Shown here piece by piece: positions 26,092 through 32,201 of a stretch of DNA of 32,201 nt (position 1 is its first letter; every line of letters starts with the position of its first letter). Location: positions 1 to 32,201 of the forward strand of contig JANXEB010000044.1 in assembly GCA_025058985.1 (NCBI GenBank), in the 5' to 3' direction. The position numbers and the translations under genes are program-made. A model generated the notes under the pieces. It saw only the letters and a program-made list of their open reading frames with translations, ran no database searches and was not told where the DNA came from. This stretch comes from Candidatus Aenigmatarchaeota archaeon (lineage in GTDB: Archaea > Aenigmatarchaeota > Aenigmatarchaeia > CG10238-14 > SpSt-28).

Positions 26092-26586
26092 ATGGTAAAA
26101 TGTCCAGTTTGCGGAAGTGAAAATGTAATAAATAATACTATTGATTATAGTGAAAAATTCTTTAAAAAAATTTTGATAAGCACAATAGTTTGTAATTCTT
26201 GTGGTTTTAAACACTCTGATATTTTAACGGAAGAAAAAGGAGAAAGCGTAGAAATAAATTTTTTTGTAGAAGAAAAAGAAGATTTAAATATCTTAGTAGT
26301 AAAATCTTCTAAATGTTCTATCGAAATTCCAGAAATAGGATTAGAAATAACTCCTGGTCCTTATAGTGAAGGATATATTACAACTATTGAAGGAATTTTA
26401 GAAAGAATTGAAAATTTTCTATACGAGCATATGCACTTATTCGAGCAAGAAAAAGTCAAAAAAATAATGGAAAAAATAAAAGAGATGAGAAATGGTAATT
26501 TAAAATTTCATTTAATATTAAAAGATAGCTCTGGTATTTCGAAAATATTTTCAAAAAAAGCTAAAGAACTAAAAAACACAAAATAA
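26092..26586 (+). CDS. ZPR1-related zinc-finger protein
   Basis: CPVCG...C.SCGFK.SD, IPEIG.EI.PG..SEG.ITTIEG.L, D.SG.S. Confidence 0.92.
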   Translation: MVKCPVCGSENVINNTIDYSEKFFKKILISTIVCNSCGFKHSDILTEEKGESVEINFFVEEKEDLNILVVKSSKCSIEIPEIGLEITPGPYSEGYITTIEGILERIENFLYEHMHLFEQEKVKKIMEKIKEMRNGNLKFHLILKDSSGISKIFSKKAKELKNTK

Positions 26587-27161
26587 TTTATTAAAATTAA
26601 TAAAGGTATTAAAAAAATTTTTTCGAAAGTAGTTCTTGTAATGAGAGAGGAAAAAAATAACAAGTTAATAGAGCTTATCGAAGAAACTAAAAACAAAACT
26701 AATACATCTGTTTGAACAAAAATAGAAATGAAAAAAAATGAAAGTGGGAAAACGAAAAAAGAAAAAGCAGTCATCCATCTAGCAAGGCTCTTCAACTCGT
26801 TTTTAAACTTCACCTCCTCTTCGTATACCTTTTTAAAATACTCGACTTCAGAAAAAACTTTTGACATTTGTAAACCAAATTTTAAAGCTTCTAAAATCAA
26901 TATACAACTATTTTTAATAGCTTTTGACATACTATTGATACTAACAAAACTTACATATTCATCAAAACTTTTAAAATTTGATGAAATTTTTCTAAAAGAA
27001 GTTTCTAGTGCTATTCCCTCTTTTAGAGCATTGTTCAAAACATAACAAGTTTCAAAAAAATCTTTCTCAATCTTTTCTTTTTTTATTCTTTTATTCCTTA
27101 AAGTAAAAAAGATCAGAAAAGAAAGTAAAGATAAAATTATTAGAAAAACTTTTTCAATCAT
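26508..27161 (-). CDS. Membrane protein, TadB/TadC (T2SSF)-like, divergent
   Basis: TM helix, then 'ALKEG..LE.SF', 'LILEALKFG' and three C-terminal TM helices. Confidence 0.55.
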   Translation of the reverse strand: MIEKVFLIILSLLSFLIFFTLRNKRIKKEKIEKDFFETCYVLNNALKEGIALETSFRKISSNFKSFDEYVSFVSINSMSKAIKNSCILILEALKFGLQMSKVFSEVEYFKKVYEEEVKFKNELKSLARWMTAFSFFVFPLSFFFISIFVQTDVLVLFLVSSISSINLLFFSSLITRTTFEKIFLIPLLILINYFVFFSSLAFFENIFEIPELSFNIK

Positions 27162-27679
27162 TTTTTAAAATAATAAAACATCATTATACATTCTGTCAAA
27201 AAAATTGCGAACAAGAAAAAATATAAAAAACTTTCATCGAGCTTTATTCCTATGTTTAAAAACTCTAAGCTATGAAGCACTGAAAGAAATGTATAGAAAA
27301 CAAAAGCAACAATAGGAAGAATAATTGAAAAAATTATGAAAAAAGTAGCAAAAGACTTTGAAAATTCTATCCTGTTCTTTCTTTCATTCAGATCTTCCTC
27401 GCTAAACTTCTCTACTATTAAATCCAAATTCTCTCCCAAAGTTTCTAATTCCAATCCTTCGTAAATTTTTTCGAGACAATATTTAGTTCTTTCGTTCTTT
27501 TCCTTCTCAATTGCCTCTTTTATTGCTTCTTTCATAGGCTTATTTGACTTTGCTATAGAAGAAAAAATTGATTTTGGATATTTTTCACTAACAATTTTTA
27601 AAGATTGCTCAAAAGATATACCATTTATCAAAAAACTTCTTATCAACCTAATTTCGTTCAGCAAATCTTCAAACCTCAC
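27158..27679 (-). CDS. Membrane protein, TadB/TadC (T2SSF)-like, GTG start
   Basis: 'FLINGISFEQSL', 'LGENL' and two C-terminal TM helices with ILP motif; ATGA overlap with its paralog-like neighbour. Confidence 0.6.
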   Translation of the reverse strand: MRFEDLLNEIRLIRSFLINGISFEQSLKIVSEKYPKSIFSSIAKSNKPMKEAIKEAIEKEKNERTKYCLEKIYEGLELETLGENLDLIVEKFSEEDLNERKNRIEFSKSFATFFIIFSIILPIVAFVFYTFLSVLHSLEFLNIGIKLDESFLYFFLFAIFLTECIMMFYYFKK

Positions 27680-27745
27680 AAATTTATTTCAATCTATATT
27701 TTTTATAATACAAAAAAATTTAAAAAATAATACCACCATTCCTTT

Positions 27746-28084
27746 ATGCAAAGACAAGTAACGTTAATAAACTTAATAGAAAGAATGGATAAAATTGACA
27801 TAATATTGCTCAAAAAATTTTACTTTACATCTAAGGATTTCCCAAATGATATGCAAGTTTATGCATTTCCAATACTAATAAAAGAATTGAGAGAAGTACA
27901 TAAAGTTAGTTTAACAGACGATGCTATTAGAAAAAGATTAAAAAAGCTTTGTGAGCTTGGTTTATTAGAACACGTTAAAAACTCTAATCCATCCATATTT
28001 TTACCAATAGAAGAAAAAAAGAATTTTGTAGAAGAATTAATAAAGCAATTCATTTCCTATATTGGTTTGGAAATTTTTATTTAA
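27746..28084 (+). CDS. Winged helix-turn-helix protein
   Basis: 'LTDDAIRKRLKKLCELGLL' recognition-helix/wing pattern; MDKID..LL N-terminal motif. Confidence 0.75.
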   Translation: MQRQVTLINLIERMDKIDIILLKKFYFTSKDFPNDMQVYAFPILIKELREVHKVSLTDDAIRKRLKKLCELGLLEHVKNSNPSIFLPIEEKKNFVEELIKQFISYIGLEIFI

Positions 28085-28104
28085 GATTTTCTTAATATAG
28101 ATAT

Positions 28105-28196
28105 GGGCCCGTAGCTCAGTGGTAGAGCGGCCGCCTTATATGGCAACTGAGCTATGAGAAAGCGGTAGGTCAAGGGTTCAAATCCCTTCGGGCCCA
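28105..28196 (+). tRNA. tRNA-Ile(UAU) with a 20-nt intron at 37/38 (28141-28160)
   Basis: GGGCCCG TAGCTCAGTGGTAGAGC G GCCGC-CT-TAT-A [TGGCAACTGAGCTATGAGAA] A-GCGGT AGGTC AAGGG-TTCAAAT-CCCTT CGGGCCC A. CTTA(32-35) pairs with intron TGAG to form the central helix. Confidence 0.92.
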
Positions 28197-28357
28197 TTTA
28201 AGTATTTGTGAAAGATTTGAAGAAAATGAAATAGTAAAAACTGCAAAAACACATCTCTCATATTTTTCATAGGAGAAAATAACATATAATCAAATTAGCA
28301 CACCAAAATTTATAATAATGATTTCTTTTCTCATCCTTTCAAAATCCAAAGCTATAT

Positions 28358-28549
28358 TTATTTTTTATTTATAAATTCTAGAAAAATAAAAATCAATGTA
28401 AAACAAAAAATTAAAAACGAAGAAATCATAGCTAGTAAAGTAAATATTTTTTGATTAAAGGGAGCTAAAGCTAGACTAATGCTAAAAACTAAAGAAACCA
28501 ACAATAATGAAAAAAAATGCCAATCTTTCTTTAATTTTTCAATTACCAT
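28358..28549 (-). CDS. Small two-TM membrane protein (63 aa)
   Basis: Two hydrophobic helices with charged termini. Confidence 0.55.
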   Translation of the reverse strand: MVIEKLKKDWHFFSLLLVSLVFSISLALAPFNQKIFTLLAMISSFLIFCFTLIFIFLEFINKK

Positions 28550-28558
28550 TAAATAATT

Positions 28559-28795
28559 ATGGAAAATGAAAATTTAAAAATATTAAAATTAGATAAAAAA
28601 GGTGCCAAAAACACTTCTTTTATATTTGGATGTGAAGATAAGATTTTCTCGATTAGCGAAAAAATAATACCATACAAAAACACTAAAAAAATGAGAAAAA
28701 GAAACTATTTTTTTATATTAGAACGCAGAGAAAACTCAAGTTTAATTATAGATGAAGATATAGAATTTTTTGAAAAGTGTTCGAAATTGTTGTAG
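28559..28795 (+). CDS. Hypothetical protein (78 aa)
   Basis: ATG-initiated ORF leading into and overlapping the prepilin peptidase gene. Confidence 0.5.
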   Translation: MENENLKILKLDKKGAKNTSFIFGCEDKIFSISEKIIPYKNTKKMRKRNYFFILERRENSSLIIDEDIEFFEKCSKLL

Positions 28796-29556
28796 GAGTT
28801 TCACTTTTCATTGCATCAATCTATGATTTAAAAACAACTGAAATACCAGATGAAATTCCGATATTTTTAATATCGCTTGGTATTTTTTTAGTAGTTTTTG
28901 ATTTAATTCTTTTTAAAGACTTATCAAAACTAACAAATACGATAATTGTAGGTCTTGTTTTTTCTGTTTTTTGTATTTTAATGTATTATGGTGGTCATTG
29001 GGGAGCTGGAGATTCGGCACTATTAGCTTCTATAGCATTTTTATACCCTAATTTTTCATTTCTTTTCAAGTACTTGATAAACCTAATAATTTTTGGTTCT
29101 TTTTTTATGGTAGCTTTTTCAGTAGTTTTTTGTTATCTTTACTCAAAAAAGGTTTTTAAAAAATTTTCTATAGAGCAAAAAAAACTTAAATACTTATACA
29201 TTTCTTTGCTCCTATTAGGATTAGTCTCTTTTATAATATTAAAAAATAAATTTTTATTGATTTACTCAATCGTCTTAACTCTTGCTATAATGACAATAAA
29301 TTTTTGCATAATTGTAGAAAAATACGGATTTAAAAAAAGAATAAGAGTAGATAAATTGAAAGTTGGTGATGTTTTAGTTAGTTTTAAAAGATGGAGAGGA
29401 ATAACGGAAAAAGAAATAGAAGCAATAAAAAAGAGTGGAAAAACTTTTGTTACTATAAAAGAAGGTGTTAGATTTGCTCCAGCTTTTCTAATAGCTTATC
29501 TTTATACAATATTAACAAACGAAGCTATTTTGTTTAACTATTTAATAGTATGGTAA
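28777..29556 (+). CDS. Prepilin/prearchaellin peptidase, family A24 (FlaK/PibD-like)
   Basis: ASIYDLK..EIPD (first Asp), WGAGD (GxGD), multiple TM helices and C-terminal 'G.RFAPAF'. Confidence 0.9.
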   Translation: MFEIVVGVSLFIASIYDLKTTEIPDEIPIFLISLGIFLVVFDLILFKDLSKLTNTIIVGLVFSVFCILMYYGGHWGAGDSALLASIAFLYPNFSFLFKYLINLIIFGSFFMVAFSVVFCYLYSKKVFKKFSIEQKKLKYLYISLLLLGLVSFIILKNKFLLIYSIVLTLAIMTINFCIIVEKYGFKKRIRVDKLKVGDVLVSFKRWRGITEKEIEAIKKSGKTFVTIKEGVRFAPAFLIAYLYTILTNEAILFNYLIVW

Positions 29557-30161
29557 AAGTAAAAGAAGTTATGAATAAGGATGTTGTTAAACTGCAACAC
29601 CTCTCTACTTTAGAAAAGTGTTATAGACTTTTGGAAGAAAAAAGAGTTCCGTCAATAGCTGTATTGAAAAAAAATAAACTAATTGGGCAAATAGAAAGAG
29701 AAGACATTTTAAAATTTGTTAAGAAAAAAAATCTTGAAAGTATAAATGAAAACGATATAAAAAAACTTAAAAAAAATAGAGTTTTTAAAATAAAGAAAAA
29801 ATGTGAAACAGTTTACGAAAATGAGGATATAGAAATAGCTATAAGAAAAATGAATGAAAACAACTTATCTAGACTTTTTGTTACTGACGAAAAAGGTAAC
29901 TTAGTTGGTGTTTTTTCTAGGAGTGATATATTAAAACTTAAAAGAAAAGGAGAAGTTTATACAACAATAGATTATATGTTAGAAGTAATAAGAGAAAAGA
30001 AAAGAATATCATTAAGAAACTTATCAAAAACTTTAAACTTACCAGAAGATTTAATAGAAAGTTGGGCAAAAGCATTGGAAGAAACCGGAGAAATAGAAAT
30101 AGAGTACCCAGTTATGAGTAGTCCTATAGTGAAAAGTAAAATAAATATAGCCAAAAATTAA
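29550..30161 (+). CDS. CBS-pair protein with C-terminal wHTH-like domain
   Basis: VKEVM..DVV, 'MNENNLSRLFVTDEKGNLVG.FSRSDIL'; C-terminal 'ISLRNLSKTLNLPEDLIESWAKALEETGEIEIEYP'. Confidence 0.85.
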   Translation: MVKVKEVMNKDVVKLQHLSTLEKCYRLLEEKRVPSIAVLKKNKLIGQIEREDILKFVKKKNLESINENDIKKLKKNRVFKIKKKCETVYENEDIEIAIRKMNENNLSRLFVTDEKGNLVGVFSRSDILKLKRKGEVYTTIDYMLEVIREKKRISLRNLSKTLNLPEDLIESWAKALEETGEIEIEYPVMSSPIVKSKINIAKN

Positions 30162-30163
30162 AT

Positions 30164-30349
30164 ATGGGACTATTAAAAACTATAATTGGTCTTGCGTTAA
30201 TTTTAATTGGTATATTCAATTTTTTGAATTTAAACATTCTATATAGAATAGTTTTAGTTATCCTGGGCGGTATAATAGGTGGTATATTAACTTTTCTCTT
30301 AGCGATACTAATTGTCATAATTATTTACTTTGAAATACTACCGTTTTGA
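30164..30349 (+). CDS. Small membrane protein (61 aa)
   Basis: Almost entirely hydrophobic, Gly-rich helices; follows the CBS gene by 2 nt. Confidence 0.65.
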   Translation: MGLLKTIIGLALILIGIFNFLNLNILYRIVLVILGGIIGGILTFLLAILIVIIIYFEILPF

Positions 30350-31330
30350 TTGCTTTATAAATTTTAAAAAGAATTTTTTGAATTGATTGAAACTGTTAAA
30401 TATTTTATCACTATAATATGGAGTAAACGGTGATAATTTTTTTTGAGGAAATATTAACCAAACTTCTTTGTTTGAAGTATGTGCATAAGAAATTTCCTTT
30501 TCTACTCCTGGACTATGAATGATTTCCGGAAAATAAGCAACCAAAATATCTGATTGGTCTATTAATTTATAATCTTTTCTAACTATCCAATTCCTAAGTT
30601 GATTGATAGGTATCTTTTCTTCAAACTTTCCTTTATCTTCTTCCAAAGATGGAGAAAAAACTACGGCGTACTTTTGCAAAAAGTTTATAAATTTTCTTAC
30701 TTTATAAGTAGATTTAAAAAAAGTCATTGGAAAACTGGTATAAATTTTTGGCTTATTACTAAAAATCATATCATAAAAAGTTTGTAAAGGATAATCTACA
30801 TGAAAAACATAAAAGCTTTTATTCTGAAGCATTGCCATTATTTCTGTTGTATAGATTTCAAGCTCTTGCCAAGTTATTATTTCGGAAACTTTTATGATTT
30901 CTCTACCCCATTTTGGATCACTATAAATTTTATCCCTAATTCTTACTATATCGTTTATAAAAGTTACGTAAATGTCTATTTTTATTTTATTCAAAAAAGA
31001 AATGTCAAAAGCATGCTCTGGTCCATTTTTCCACCAATAGGATGCATGAGTTGAAATTATCATTAAATCATAGTTGCTTTTTCTTTGAGAATATTCTATC
31101 AAACACCTCTCAAAAGCTAAAGATATTAAAGTTCTTAATGTAGTTCTTGGCAAGTTAAGTATTTTTTCTTCTTTAACTTTAATTCCTATCTCTTCAGCAG
31201 CTTGAAACATTAAATCCCCTATAGACACTACTTTACAATTTTTACCATTTTCGAAACAGAACTTCTCAAACTCTCTTAAATACCTTGGTTTACCACAACC
31301 AGCTATTCCAGTTGCTAAAACTGTTATCAT
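30338..31330 (-). CDS. Archaeal adenylate-kinase-like P-loop domain fused to a nucleoside 2-deoxyribosyltransferase-like domain
   Basis: TGIAGCGK, SIGDLM, ISTHA; C-terminal IYTSFP, D..LIDQSD and SPGVEKEISYA. Confidence 0.7.
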   Translation of the reverse strand: MITVLATGIAGCGKPRYLREFEKFCFENGKNCKVVSIGDLMFQAAEEIGIKVKEEKILNLPRTTLRTLISLAFERCLIEYSQRKSNYDLMIISTHASYWWKNGPEHAFDISFLNKIKIDIYVTFINDIVRIRDKIYSDPKWGREIIKVSEIITWQELEIYTTEIMAMLQNKSFYVFHVDYPLQTFYDMIFSNKPKIYTSFPMTFFKSTYKVRKFINFLQKYAVVFSPSLEEDKGKFEEKIPINQLRNWIVRKDYKLIDQSDILVAYFPEIIHSPGVEKEISYAHTSNKEVWLIFPQKKLSPFTPYYSDKIFNSFNQFKKFFLKFIKQSKR

Positions 31331-31357
31331 AATTATAATTCTTTCTAATTCTAATTT

Positions 31358-32201
31358 ATGAAGAACAAAATTGTTTGTGACACAAGCGCAATAATAGATG
31401 GAATAGTTAGTAAAATTGTTGAAAAAGAAAAAATAAAAGAAATAATAATACCATTAGCAGTTTTAGACGAACTGCAAAATCAAGCAAGTAAAGGAAGAGA
31501 AATTGGTTTTATTGGATTAAACGAAATAAAAAGAATGAGAAACATAGCGAAGAATAAAAAATTGAAAATAAGATTTAGTGGAGAAAGACCTAGCTTAGAA
31601 GATATAAAGCTTGCTAGGAGTGGGCGAATAGATTCTTTCATAATAAACGTTGCAAGAGAAGAAAATGCTACGCTAATAACTAGTGATTATGTTCAATCTC
31701 TAGTTGCTGAAACTGAAGGTGTTGATGTTAGATACTTTCCTTCAACTCAAACTTTTGAAAAACTTTCATTCGAAAAATATTTTGAAGAAAAAACTGTTCT
31801 TTTACACTTGAAAGAAGGTGTTGAGGTTTATGCAAAAAAAGGAGAACCTGGAAAGTTTGAGCTAGTTAAACTTACTGATAAACCAATAACTTTAGAAGAA
31901 CTAGAAAAAATGGTTAAAGAAATTTTGGATGCTACAAAAGCTAGGAATGATGCTTATTTGGAAATAGTTAAAAACGGTGCTATAGTTGCTCAAATAGGAA
32001 ACTACAGAATATCTATAGCTAGACCACCTTTTTCTAACGCTTTAGAAATCACCATAGTTAGGCCAATAGTTAAACTTAGTCTGGAAGATTATAAGTTATC
32101 GGAAAAATTAATAGAAAGATTGAGAGAAAGAGCTGAAGGAATTTTGATTTGTGGTTCTCCTGGTTCTGGAAAAAGTACTTTTGCAGCTAGTTTAGCTGAA
32201 T
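31358..32201 (+). CDS. PIN-domain ATPase (PINA / PINc-VapC family ATPase), 3'-truncated by the window end
   Basis: MKNKIVCDTSAIIDG...ELQNQA.KGREIG..GL.E (PIN), ITSD.VQ, RPPFS..LEITIVRP and Walker A GSPGSGKST. Absent from the ORF track because there is no stop in the window. Confidence 0.92.
   Translation, partial: MKNKIVCDTSAIIDGIVSKIVEKEKIKEIIIPLAVLDELQNQASKGREIGFIGLNEIKRMRNIAKNKKLKIRFSGERPSLEDIKLARSGRIDSFIINVAREENATLITSDYVQSLVAETEGVDVRYFPSTQTFEKLSFEKYFEEKTVLLHLKEGVEVYAKKGEPGKFELVKLTDKPITLEELEKMVKEILDATKARNDAYLEIVKNGAIVAQIGNYRISIARPPFSNALEITIVRPIVKLSLEDYKLSEKLIERLRERAEGILICGSPGSGKSTFAASLAE

Noticed and set aside
28197..28347. Possible small minus-strand membrane gene downstream of tRNA-Ile (MDFERMRKEIIIINFGVLI*LYVIF...)
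   Set aside because: Early TGA stop and no recognisable homology. TGA is used as a normal stop elsewhere in the window, so there is no evidence for recoding.

Overview
This is an AT-rich, very gene-dense archaeal chromosome segment. A DPANN-type organism is inferred from the archaeal TpiA, NadM, LeuRS, aTrm56, ZPR1 and PINA genes, the tRNA-Ile(UAU), the unlinked 23S gene and the extreme compaction. The main signal is a stand-alone 23S rRNA gene (~12043-15344) enclosed by a 38-bp processing stem. It is interrupted by five short insertions (29, 30, 149, 88 and 36 nt). Each folds into a hairpin bounded by a bulge-helix-bulge/loop (BHB/BHL) motif, and its canonical excision restores conserved 23S sequence. 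The two longer introns carry mini-ORFs, and the rRNA has several substitutions at peptidyl-transferase and sarcin-ricin positions. Also present: tRNA-Lys(CUU), an intron-containing tRNA-Ile(UAU), a TpiA-NMNAT fusion, a frameshifted methyltransferase pseudogene, a 1910-aa repeat-built surface glycoprotein, a five-gene operon of membrane-anchored/pilin-like proteins ending in a 935-aa putative membrane-inserting protein next to a tyrosine recombinase, TadB/C-like and prepilin-peptidase genes, and an adenylate-kinase-like fusion. All calls were made by eye, and E. coli-equivalent positions are approximate and recalled from memory.
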